Assembly (NCBI GenBank): GCA_009841115.1 | Contig: VXML01000020.1 | Span: 11,438 to 75,437 of the forward strand | Direction of reading: 5' to 3' | DNA from: Gemmatimonadota bacterium | Lineage (GTDB): Bacteria; Latescibacterota; UBA2968; UBA8231 | DNA length: 64,000 bases | In this document: positions 46,821 to 56,093 of the stretch, in pieces | How positions within the stretch are numbered: the first letter of the stretch is position 1 | How the letters are laid out: every line of letters begins with the position of its first letter | Notes under the pieces: model-generated | The model's database searches: none | Told to the model about the DNA's origin: nothing | What the model saw: the letters and a program-made list of their open reading frames with translations, nothing else | Made by a program: the position numbers and the translations under genes

Positions 46821-49115
46821 CTAGTAAGCTACGTTGATGATTTGCGCCAAGTTTTGGACTGCTGCTTGGGCGTCGATTTGGATTCGGCACACGTAAATCC
46901 CCGGAGGCACGCGCCGTCCCTCGTCGTCTGCGCCATTCCACGTATAGACGAGGTAGCCGTCGCTGCTGCGGCCGCCGGCCAACGAGCCAACCTGCCGCCC
47001 GTCGAGCGCATAGATATCGACTGCTATCGGGGCGTCTGTCTTTAATACCGCAAAGCGAATCTCGGCGTGGTCGCCGATTCCGTCGCCGTTGGGCGTGAGG
47101 ACTTTGGGCGCAATGGAGACTTTGTCGAGCAAGCTCTCGGACGCGGGCACTTCGGGCAGAAATACCGTGGTGGCCGCCCGCCCGGCCGGATCGACCTGCT
47201 GCCAGAACTCCATCTCGTCGGTGTGGCCGACAAAGGCAGAAAAGAGATAGGGATTGGCGAATACGTTGACCTGTAGGTCAATTTCGACCTCTTGCCGCCG
47301 GACAACTTGCGACAGTTCCACTACCAGCGAGTCGGGCAACAATTCTAAGGAGGCCGGCTCGACCTCGGCACCGGCGACGCGGATGACTACGCTCTCGGCT
47401 GCTGCTTGCGATGGCGTGTTTAGCCGCAGGCGGTTAAAGCCCTTGTCGCCAGATTTGAAGTCCGGCTGCAATACGTACGTAAAGTTTTCCGGCTGGCCCA
47501 CTTGGGCCTCGTTGGGAGTAACTTGGCCGAGCGCCCCGTTGAGGAACGAATCCGTGTAGTTGAGCTTCAGTCCCTTTAGGGTGGGGGCCACGTCTGGGCT
47601 GTCCGATTTGAGCAGTACCCTGAATTGCACGTAGCGTCTCGGGCTGGGTGAGAGAAACTCTTGGCCGGAAAACAGATAGGTGTTGCTCCAGCCGCTCCAA
47701 TCTGGGGTCGGCCGAATGTAGGGCACGATGTCGCCTTTCCACCGTTTCTTCAAGTCGTTGTATTCGTCTTCGGTCACTTCGTGGCCCTTGCGGTGGTAAT
47801 ACGTATTGCCTTCTTCGAGACCGCTACCCGAGCGCGTCTGTGCCAAAACTTGCGTTCCCGCGGGTAAGTCGGCGTCCCATTCAAGGGTGCGGAAAACCTT
47901 GGGACTATCATCTACCTTGAGGAAGTCCGAGCGCAATTCTACTTCAGCGACATAGCCGGTGGGTACGACGACGGCTTCGGCCATCGCGCCGCTGCTACTG
48001 CCCCCGAAGATCATTTCGAGATAGCGCAGGGGCCGGTACGGGTGCATGAGATAGGTGATTGGCTCGGGATTGTTCCAGTCGCTTGGCGCAGGGAAATCGA
48101 AGAGGACGTCGAAGTCGACGTCACCCGAGGGCTTGAGCTCGCCGGCCGACCCCAGCAGCCGGTGGCGCAAGATGCGCGGCCGGCCCCAAGTGGTGGTCTC
48201 CTGAAACGCTACGAAGATGACGCGGTTGACCCAAAAGACCGCGCCCAAATCCCAGCGCCACTGGGCGATAAACTGGCCGGTTTCACTCCAGTTGAGTTCC
48301 TCCCAGAAGGTATTGACATTGCCGTCGATCATCGCGGGCGCGCGCTCCTTGCCCTGATCGTCGATGATCCCACCTCGGGCCACGGTCCCTTGGGCGATGT
48401 TCTGTCCAAACGCGATGACCTCGACCTCTGCGAGGGCCGCGTCCTCGCTCTTGACGTCGGCTATGATGCGGATGTATTGGGTGGGCGCGAAGGCTGTGGG
48501 GACGTCCGTGTCTTCGGCAGGTTGGCCAAAGCTCAGCACCCTTTTGGTTGCTTCGCCAAAGGCCACTGGATACGACAAGAGGGTCTCTTCGTTGCGCTTG
48601 GTCGTGCCGCCGATGAGGTTAAAGAGGAAGACATCGTCGGTGATTGATTGGAATTTGCCGTCAGAGCCAAAGACCCGGAGTGCTCGCAGCGGTCGCGCGC
48701 TTTCTTCATCGGGAAAGTGCAGGCGAACTTCCTTGACGGCCACCATCCTGCCCAAGTCGATTTCGAGCCACCAGGTGTCGAGCGGGTCGTCTTGGCTGGG
48801 TTTCCAGTAAGTGGTGGTGTCGTCGTCGATGATCAGATGGGCATCAGCCGCGTTGGACCCGGCCTTCCACACCCCGCCGCGCTGCTCTTTGACCTTCTTT
48901 AGCTCGTGCGTGAACAGAGGGGAACTCGGTGCGGCGTTGAAGGGCTGCTCAAACTTGACCGGCCGGATTGATCCATCCGCTCGCAAGTCAACAGCCCCGA
49001 CCGGGTAGGTCCACGTCTCCCACTGCGCCTTGGTGTTTATTTCAAAAACCTCTTGAGAATGGGCAAAACTCGCTGGCAAAACTAGCGTCAGCAAACAAAG
49101 CCATAGTCGGTTCAT
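46821..49115 (-). CDS. Secreted protein with discoidin-like modules and C-terminal FlgD-Ig domain (paralog 3)
   Basis: Signal peptide; IDDD.TTYW, W.EIDLG, WSGWS, SPSPRRYVQF, TPNGDG, WNG.D..G..VPPG.Y, ends NVAY. Confidence 0.8.
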   Translation of the reverse strand: MNRLWLCLLTLVLPASFAHSQEVFEINTKAQWETWTYPVGAVDLRADGSIRPVKFEQPFNAAPSSPLFTHELKKVKEQRGGVWKAGSNAADAHLIIDDDTTTYWKPSQDDPLDTWWLEIDLGRMVAVKEVRLHFPDEESARPLRALRVFGSDGKFQSITDDVFLFNLIGGTTKRNEETLLSYPVAFGEATKRVLSFGQPAEDTDVPTAFAPTQYIRIIADVKSEDAALAEVEVIAFGQNIAQGTVARGGIIDDQGKERAPAMIDGNVNTFWEELNWSETGQFIAQWRWDLGAVFWVNRVIFVAFQETTTWGRPRILRHRLLGSAGELKPSGDVDFDVLFDFPAPSDWNNPEPITYLMHPYRPLRYLEMIFGGSSSGAMAEAVVVPTGYVAEVELRSDFLKVDDSPKVFRTLEWDADLPAGTQVLAQTRSGSGLEEGNTYYHRKGHEVTEDEYNDLKKRWKGDIVPYIRPTPDWSGWSNTYLFSGQEFLSPSPRRYVQFRVLLKSDSPDVAPTLKGLKLNYTDSFLNGALGQVTPNEAQVGQPENFTYVLQPDFKSGDKGFNRLRLNTPSQAAAESVVIRVAGAEVEPASLELLPDSLVVELSQVVRRQEVEIDLQVNVFANPYLFSAFVGHTDEMEFWQQVDPAGRAATTVFLPEVPASESLLDKVSIAPKVLTPNGDGIGDHAEIRFAVLKTDAPIAVDIYALDGRQVGSLAGGRSSDGYLVYTWNGADDEGRRVPPGIYVCRIQIDAQAAVQNLAQIINVAY

Positions 49116-49131
49116 AGCTACCGCTCCTTTC

Positions 49132-51075
49132 TCAATACGCCACACCCATGCTGCTAGAACGCACGAGTGTCCCGCGTTCAGTGTGGACTTGGACCACGGC
49201 GAGGTACAGCCCTGGCGGGACTACCTGCCCTTGATCGTCGCGCCCATCCCAAGCCATTGCATAGGCACCACTGGTGCTTTCGGCTTCAAAGACGGTATGC
49301 ACTGGGCGACCGGCCAAATCGAAAATTTCAACAGAGACTTCAACCGGCTTTACTAGCTGCAACAGGCTGTAGATCAGTTCTACTTGGTCGTTGATCCCGT
49401 CCCCATTGGGCGTGAAGACCGGGCTACTCACCGCCAAGGAGGACACCAACTGGCTGGCCGAAGCGGCCGTCGTCAGCACCCGCAGAGCATTGGTCAGCAC
49501 TTCTGGGTTGGCGTCGCCGGGTTGCACCCGCTGCGGTACGCCGTCCTCGGCCTGCGAGTCAAATACCTCAGCTTCGACCGAGGTGCCTTGGATGAAAATC
49601 TGCGAGTCGAATACGGCGCGCATGCGGTGAATGCCGACCTCCGGCCGCTGCGAGGAAAAGAAGATGGTCAGACTGCCTAGTTCCGCTTGCACGCTGTCGG
49701 GTGTGACCTCGACCCCATCTTCTCCAGTGAAGAACTGCCGAAACACTGGCGTCGATTGGGGGGTGAGGATGCGCAGGGCGTCAAAGCCGGTGTCTGTTTC
49801 CTCGATTTGGCCTACGACATCGTAGGCAAACGTCGTAAAGTCTCCGGCTGTTACAATGGGCACGTCGCCGGGGGGGCGGGGGACGTCTAACTGGGAAATC
49901 TCGGCTACTAAGATCTGGGCCACAGGCGGGATCGTGTGTTCGACGCTCAGCGATGTGAGCCGTAGGCCGTCGAGGATCGCGCCGCTTTCGATTCGCACCT
50001 CAAACTGGAAGTAGCGCCTTGGGCTGGGTAGTTGGATGGGTTGGCCGGACTCAGTGAAGGGGGGCGACCACAGGCTCCAGTTGACTTGGTCGTCGTCAAT
50101 CGGGCCGCGCACACTTTCGTCAAGGGCTCTGTACTCGTCTTCGGTGACGACCTGTCGCTCGCGGGTAAAGAGATCGGTGTACTCGTAATAGACCCGGGGG
50201 TTGTCATCTAGGCCGGTGCGCATAACCACCGTCAAATCGGCGTCAGCGGCTGGCTCGACGACTAGCTCGTCGCCACTTTGACGCAGCTTTTCCAGCGTCC
50301 ATTCCATGCGACTGAAATTAGCTGGCTCTCCGAGGTCGATGATCTTTGACCGATAGGAGCCGGCCGGCGCGAATCCCGCACCGAAGAGTTGGAATTCGGC
50401 CAGTTCAAACGGGCTGGCCGAGGTAACTTCTAGTTCAATGTAACGGACAAATTGTAGAGGAAAGTCGATCTGCGCCGTGTTCTCACGGGTAAAGTCAACG
50501 CGCTTTATGGGAGCGTAGATCGGCTCGTCCCGCTCGTTGAAGCTCGCGCCGTCGTTAACTTTGAGCACGTAGCCGCGGATGTAGTCTTCGCTGAATGGTC
50601 GCCCTTCTGAACTGATGCCCTCCAAGCGCGGAAAAAACGCAATTCGATTGGCGGGGAAGCGGGTCCCCAAATCAAAGAAAAACTTAGTGCCGTCTTGGGC
50701 GATGCCGAAGCGTTTAAACGCGAGGTGGGTGGAGGTCGTGTCGATGCCATCGACGATCTCCAACAGAGGGCGCACGACCGCTACGTTGTCCCAAATCAGT
50801 GCTTGGGCGCGTTCCTCCACGTAGCCACTGGGAAACCCATCGACCCAAGTCAGGCTCGGAATGACGTTGTCCTTAGAAGTAAAGGCTACGAGTTGGATGG
50901 CACCTGGCACGTTGAAACTCATGGCAGTGGAGAGCAGCGCGTGCTCCCGCCAAGCGGCCCCTTCGTCCCCGCCCACCACCCACTGGCGGACTTCCGCAAC
51001 TGCCGATTGTGGAGCGAGGACCACAGCGGCTGTACACAGGGCCGCAAGGCGATAAATTGTCGTGCGCAAGTCCAT
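49132..51075 (-). CDS. Secreted protein with C-terminal FlgD-Ig domain (paralog 2)
   Basis: Signal peptide; FDLG, WSLWS, PSPRRYFQF, FTPNGDGIND, WDGRD..G..VPPG.Y, ends GVAY. Confidence 0.8.
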   Translation of the reverse strand: MDLRTTIYRLAALCTAAVVLAPQSAVAEVRQWVVGGDEGAAWREHALLSTAMSFNVPGAIQLVAFTSKDNVIPSLTWVDGFPSGYVEERAQALIWDNVAVVRPLLEIVDGIDTTSTHLAFKRFGIAQDGTKFFFDLGTRFPANRIAFFPRLEGISSEGRPFSEDYIRGYVLKVNDGASFNERDEPIYAPIKRVDFTRENTAQIDFPLQFVRYIELEVTSASPFELAEFQLFGAGFAPAGSYRSKIIDLGEPANFSRMEWTLEKLRQSGDELVVEPAADADLTVVMRTGLDDNPRVYYEYTDLFTRERQVVTEDEYRALDESVRGPIDDDQVNWSLWSPPFTESGQPIQLPSPRRYFQFEVRIESGAILDGLRLTSLSVEHTIPPVAQILVAEISQLDVPRPPGDVPIVTAGDFTTFAYDVVGQIEETDTGFDALRILTPQSTPVFRQFFTGEDGVEVTPDSVQAELGSLTIFFSSQRPEVGIHRMRAVFDSQIFIQGTSVEAEVFDSQAEDGVPQRVQPGDANPEVLTNALRVLTTAASASQLVSSLAVSSPVFTPNGDGINDQVELIYSLLQLVKPVEVSVEIFDLAGRPVHTVFEAESTSGAYAMAWDGRDDQGQVVPPGLYLAVVQVHTERGTLVRSSSMGVAY

Positions 51076-51092
51076 GGGTTGGAACTCCATGC

Positions 51093-53144
51093 TTAGTAGG
51101 CTACGGCCACTGCCCCGAAGCGCACCACCCGGCCTCGGTCGGTGTTGGCCCCAATGCGCGCCAGATACACGCCTGGCGCGACGAGTTGGTTGGCCTCGTC
51201 GCGGCCGTCCCATTGCAGCGAGTGATACCCAGCCCCCTGCACTCCACCTGACAGGCTCCGCACTCGCTGACCGGCCAAAGTCAGCAACTCGACGTCTACT
51301 TCGACCGCATCGAGCACGCTGAACAAGGTGTATTCAATGGCCACTTGGTCGTTGATAGCGTCGCCTTGGGGCGTGAAGACTGCGGGTGTGATCACCACGT
51401 CGGACAGCACGGATTCGAGAGAACCGGAACTGACTAATACCCGCAACTGATCGGTGCCCAATTCGTCGCTGGCGTCGCCACCTTCCACGCTTTGGGGCAG
51501 CGAATCTCCCCCCCGCGAAAAGACCTCGGCGCGCAACTGGTCGGACGCACCGTACACGGTCGTTTCTAGGCGCAAGCGAAGCTCGTCGTTGGTGTCCGGC
51601 CCGATCATCTGGGGCAAATAAACCGCCAATTCGTCCCCTTCGTCGACGATGCTATCCGGCTCCACAGTCGCCAGCGGATCGCCCATCTCCAACTCCAGTA
51701 CCCGGCCCGTAGAAGGCAAGCCTAGCCGCACCGCGTCAAATCCCTGCTGACCGGCGTCGGAAAACTCAGCGCGCAAGTCGAGGATGAATTCGGTTAATGT
51801 ACCCGCGGGCACTTGCGGTACTTTGCCGTCGGGGCGCAAGTGGTCAACCGCAGCCACCTCGCCTACGATCCGGTCGGCCAAAAGCGAGGAAGTTTCGATG
51901 GTGATCCAATCGAGGCGGGCGAACTCCCACAAGGTTTCGGTCTCTAACTGGATTTGTAGCTGAATATAGCGCCCCTTAGGCACGCGGGGCCGCTGTCCTG
52001 AAACTCGGATTGGCGGCGACCAGAAGCTCCAGTTATTGATGTCGTCGGCGATGACGCCCTGCCAACCTACGGCCGGTGGATCCCACGGCCACACGCGCGG
52101 TTTGAGCTTGGCATAGGCGTCCTTTGCTACTTCCACGGGCTGGGCCAAGTCGTTGTACGAATGATAGGCAATGGGGCCGTCGTCTAGCCCGGTCTTGATC
52201 TCGATGTTGACTCCGGCCTTGGCAGCGGGAGCTTCGACCAATTGATCCCCGTCGCGTCGCCAGGTACTCAAGCCGAAATTCACCTCACCTATATTGACTA
52301 TATCACCCATGTCGATCACCTGCGATAGCCAGCGCGCCCGGGGGACGAAACCGCGTCCATAGACCTCTAGCTCGGCCAGCGCGTAGCGCGTGAATTTCGG
52401 CGGGGCATCTGGAAGCACTCGCATGCGGAAGAAACGTAGATACTGGAGGGGAAAGTCGATCTCGATAACGGCGTCGAAGTTCTGGTCCACCTTGGCCAAC
52501 AGCTTATCCAGCGGCAGGTAGTATTGCGTCTCCTGCGTGCCGGCGACACCCGTGCGAAATTGCGGAGGTAGTTGGCTTTCTACGGCGACCTTGTCATTGC
52601 TGGCTGTCAGCTCGTAGGCTTCGAATTTGTAGTTGGGTCGGTACGGCTCTTGGAAAAAGGGGTCGTTGCCCTCGGGCGGCACCAATTTGAAGTGATCGGC
52701 GGGAATCTGCATGCCCATATCGAGCGTGTAGAACTCGCCCCAGATGCCCCCTAGTCCGCCACTGCCTTGAAAATCGCGACCTTCGTAAAAAGTGTTGATA
52801 TCTCCGTCGATAAATTCCATCGGGTTGGAGACGTGCCCGGGCCGAGAGACGTCGCCGATTGCCCGCCAGATGCGGGGCATCCCCTCTTGGTAGTTTATAT
52901 CAATCGGCTGCCGATAGCGCGTCCAGTGGCGTAGCTGGGTCACCACATTGACGTTGGGCTTGAGTTCCAGCGGTTGGATCGAGCCTGGGGTCGTGGTATT
53001 ATCGACCATCAAGTTGATCAGGGTCTGCTCTTCCCAATCGAGGCCATCAGTGCCGCCGAGACGGAATTGCGACACTTGCGCTCCAGCCGTGCAGACTTGG
53101 ACTATGGCCATACACGCCGCTGTCAAACAGAGCTTGGATTTCAT
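51093..53144 (-). CDS. Secreted protein with C-terminal FlgD-Ig domain (paralog 1)
   Basis: Signal peptide; LDMG, WSFWS, RYIQL, FTPQGD.IND, WDGRD....VAPG.Y, ends AVAY. Confidence 0.8.
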   Translation of the reverse strand: MKSKLCLTAACMAIVQVCTAGAQVSQFRLGGTDGLDWEEQTLINLMVDNTTTPGSIQPLELKPNVNVVTQLRHWTRYRQPIDINYQEGMPRIWRAIGDVSRPGHVSNPMEFIDGDINTFYEGRDFQGSGGLGGIWGEFYTLDMGMQIPADHFKLVPPEGNDPFFQEPYRPNYKFEAYELTASNDKVAVESQLPPQFRTGVAGTQETQYYLPLDKLLAKVDQNFDAVIEIDFPLQYLRFFRMRVLPDAPPKFTRYALAELEVYGRGFVPRARWLSQVIDMGDIVNIGEVNFGLSTWRRDGDQLVEAPAAKAGVNIEIKTGLDDGPIAYHSYNDLAQPVEVAKDAYAKLKPRVWPWDPPAVGWQGVIADDINNWSFWSPPIRVSGQRPRVPKGRYIQLQIQLETETLWEFARLDWITIETSSLLADRIVGEVAAVDHLRPDGKVPQVPAGTLTEFILDLRAEFSDAGQQGFDAVRLGLPSTGRVLELEMGDPLATVEPDSIVDEGDELAVYLPQMIGPDTNDELRLRLETTVYGASDQLRAEVFSRGGDSLPQSVEGGDASDELGTDQLRVLVSSGSLESVLSDVVITPAVFTPQGDAINDQVAIEYTLFSVLDAVEVDVELLTLAGQRVRSLSGGVQGAGYHSLQWDGRDEANQLVAPGVYLARIGANTDRGRVVRFGAVAVAY

Positions 53145-53218
53145 ACCGGACATCTCCTGAAAGCAGGAAATCTTACGGCGAATATAACGCAAAATAGCAG
53201 GTGCCTGTCAAATATAAA

Positions 53219-55183
53219 TCAACCCCAGAATATCACGTTCCAAGTCATGCCGGTGAAATGATCGACGATTAAGTAGAACCCGCCGGGCGTGAAATAACCG
53301 AGGATCATCCCCATGAAAAAGGGCCGCGTCTTCAGATAGAGCCGCACGCCCCCGTATTTGAGTACGAGGACCTTGATTCCCCAAGCGATGAACATATTGA
53401 ACCACAAGTGGTCCATGATCCAGATCGGCCCGATCACGTAGCCCAGCGGATGCAGCGGCCACCACACGTAGAGCCAGCGCGCGACCATCAACCCAGTCAT
53501 AATAGCCGCGCCAATCCCCATATTGACCCAGCCCCAGCCGTAGAAGTCGGTCGGCGTGCGGAGGACCTTCTCCATATAACTGTAGTTGCCACCGCTCCAG
53601 ATCCACAGATTGATCGCTCCGTACTTGTGGCTGAGTAGCATCACCATCCATACGGCACCGCCCATGGCCACGATCAGCGCCAAGACGATGATCCAAAAGA
53701 GGGGCCGGCGGTTGCGTCCCAACTCCTCGCCCAGCCGCAGACTGTTGGCGCAGGAGACCATGACGAAATTGCGCCCGGTGGTCCACAAGAAGGTCGTCGC
53801 CAGCACGACTAGACCTTGGGCACCGATGACCGACGAACCCACCGCGGACACCAAAATTCCCGCTGGTACCACCGGCGGCGAGCCGTCCGAAAGCCCTCCT
53901 TCGGCCACCACCCGCGAATAGCCGAAGATGATGACGACGCCGAGGAAGAGAATGGTCAGCCCGAAGATCATCGGCAGCCCAGCCAGCCACAACCAACCCA
54001 CTATCACCAGACAGGAGGCCGTCAACACAATCAGGGCCGCGCGGTAGGAGAGGATTTCGTCGCTGTCGTCAATGCCATCGTCGCCTTTGAAAGCCTTGCG
54101 CCACACGCCCTGCAGATGCTTGCGCGCCGTCCAAATGCCGCCCAAAAAGAGCACGAGAATCGCGCCCATCGCTTGGTAGGCCAAAAAGGGATCGCGCACT
54201 GCGTGGCCGGCCCCTCCGGTCTCGCTGCTGACCACGCCGAGAATGCCAAAAATGCCGCGCACTGCAAAAGAGAGCAGGTTGAAAAACCACAGGCTGAAGG
54301 CGATGTCGGTCTTGAGAAAATAGAAGAAGCCGATGATGTTGAAGCGCAGCGCGACGTACAGGTCGGCCGTGCGGCGGAAAACCTGCACCTCCATGCGTAT
54401 TGGATCGACGTTCTGGGCGATGGGAATGGTTTCGGGGAAGTAGTTGTACAGCCCATGCAATGTGCCCCACAGCGCGGGGATGGCAAAACCGACCCACATG
54501 ACGGGATTTTTGAAAAAAGGACTTAGTTTTTGGTCGTCTTCGCTTTCTTCGGTCATGGCCAGCGGCACCTGCATCAGCGGATAGATCAGCCGCTCGTGCT
54601 CGATCCACTGTTTGCGCAGGATCGCCATGAAGGAAATCATCATCAGGAAGAGGGCGCAGATAAAGGGCGTCCACACCCCGATGACGCTGCGCCATACTTC
54701 CCAAGGAATTGGTTCGTCCCGTCCACTACCCTCGTAAAATTTGCGTGCGGTTTCCAGATCGTGGACCATCAGCCAGTCGGGGATATAGGGATGGATCAGT
54801 TCCCGCCATTCGTTTTCAGCCGTGGCGTAGTAGAAGGGATAGCTAATGGCACTGAGGAACTTGGCGACAAAAAGGGTTGGGATCGGCGAGGCCATCACCA
54901 TCATAACATAGACGACCAGCAATTCGCGCCGATTGAGTCCCCAGCTTGGGTGGACGAGCTTGAGCAGGGGATTAATAAAAAGGGTTAGCAGGAAGAGGAG
55001 GAACACCGCCCCAGGCATGCTGGTACCCAGAGCCATAAAGGAACCGTGTAAATAGAGAGTGCCGTAGGCAGCCCCGGCCGACACGCTGAAGGCCCCAGCG
55101 CATCCGACTAACACGGATTTGGCCGTAAAAGCCGGTGCTCCGTCTGCTGCCTTGGGCGCGGTCCGCTCGGGTGTTGTTGACAT
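53219..55183 (-). CDS. Polytopic inner-membrane protein, DUF6785/DUF6784-like (OPT-related transporter)
   Basis: Many TM helices; RKQW..HERL.YP, WWPLHPLGY, K..VLKYGG..LY....PFF.G.ILG. Confidence 0.75.
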   Translation of the reverse strand: MSTTPERTAPKAADGAPAFTAKSVLVGCAGAFSVSAGAAYGTLYLHGSFMALGTSMPGAVFLLFLLTLFINPLLKLVHPSWGLNRRELLVVYVMMVMASPIPTLFVAKFLSAISYPFYYATAENEWRELIHPYIPDWLMVHDLETARKFYEGSGRDEPIPWEVWRSVIGVWTPFICALFLMMISFMAILRKQWIEHERLIYPLMQVPLAMTEESEDDQKLSPFFKNPVMWVGFAIPALWGTLHGLYNYFPETIPIAQNVDPIRMEVQVFRRTADLYVALRFNIIGFFYFLKTDIAFSLWFFNLLSFAVRGIFGILGVVSSETGGAGHAVRDPFLAYQAMGAILVLFLGGIWTARKHLQGVWRKAFKGDDGIDDSDEILSYRAALIVLTASCLVIVGWLWLAGLPMIFGLTILFLGVVIIFGYSRVVAEGGLSDGSPPVVPAGILVSAVGSSVIGAQGLVVLATTFLWTTGRNFVMVSCANSLRLGEELGRNRRPLFWIIVLALIVAMGGAVWMVMLLSHKYGAINLWIWSGGNYSYMEKVLRTPTDFYGWGWVNMGIGAAIMTGLMVARWLYVWWPLHPLGYVIGPIWIMDHLWFNMFIAWGIKVLVLKYGGVRLYLKTRPFFMGMILGYFTPGGFYLIVDHFTGMTWNVIFWG

Positions 55184-55200
55184 TAGTTAGCGCGAGGGAA

Positions 55201-56016
55201 TTAGCCGTGAAACTTGGCGACCAATTCGGCTGGTTTGCCATCTACCGTCGCCGGGTCCAGCGCCTGTGTGCCGAAGACCACGGGAAAGGTTTGGCCGGTG
55301 TGCCGGGAGCGGGTTTTGGAGTCCATATAGGTTACGCTGAAAGCACGGCGGGCCGACGTGGTGGAGTTGGGCCCAGAGCGATGGAGGAGGAAATTGTGCA
55401 GCAGAATGGCCTCCCCTGCCTCGGCTTCCAAGTCGATCACCGCCTCTGGGGGCGTGTATTGGGCTTCTTGCTCGGCGGGGAGAAAGTGCCGCTCGTTGAT
55501 GATGCCGTGCTTGTTGCTGCCCGGTACGATCTGCATACAGCCAGTGGCTGTGGTCGCATCGTCGAGCGCCGTCCACACGGTGACGATGGGGTTGGTGTCG
55601 ATGCCCCAGCCAATCCCCACGTCCTGATGCCAACGCAGTCCGCGGCGGAGTTCGGGCGGTTTGTTCATAAACATTGAGCGAAAGACCGAGACCTCCTCGC
55701 CGATGTAGCGGCGGGTGATCTGGTGGAAGAGGGGGTTCTGTATATAGGCGAGGAAGAGCGGGTCTTGCTCTAGGTCGTCGATGCGCCGGTAAGCGAGGGT
55801 CTGCACCTCATTGCCCATGGTGCGGCGCACTTCGCCGTCCTCTTCGACGACTTGCAAGCGCATGTGCTCGTAGCGGACGCGGCCCAGCATGATGTCGTCG
55901 ATGCGCTGCTGCAAGTCGGCCAATTCGTCCGGGGACAGGACATTGCCTAGCCGGACGTAGCCTTGATCCATGAACTGCTCGTGGTGTACATCTTCAAAGG
56001 TGGAGAGGGCTTGCAT
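55201..56016 (-). CDS. Phytanoyl-CoA dioxygenase (PhyH) family protein
   Basis: WHQD, W.ALDDA, GC.Q.VPGS, LLHRSG.N....RRA. Confidence 0.92.
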   Translation of the reverse strand: MQALSTFEDVHHEQFMDQGYVRLGNVLSPDELADLQQRIDDIMLGRVRYEHMRLQVVEEDGEVRRTMGNEVQTLAYRRIDDLEQDPLFLAYIQNPLFHQITRRYIGEEVSVFRSMFMNKPPELRRGLRWHQDVGIGWGIDTNPIVTVWTALDDATTATGCMQIVPGSNKHGIINERHFLPAEQEAQYTPPEAVIDLEAEAGEAILLHNFLLHRSGPNSTTSARRAFSVTYMDSKTRSRHTGQTFPVVFGTQALDPATVDGKPAELVAKFHG

Positions 56017-56093
56017 GATGCGGTCTCCTTTTTTTGCGACGGGTGACGGGTATAATACAATACCTAGAGTGCACTCGTGCAACGCCGTTGCGA

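Noticed and set aside
53181-53211. Internal promoter upstream of the FlgD-tailed genes (TTGACA...TATATT, minus strand)
   Set aside because: Spacing is 19 nt; plausible but too weak to call.
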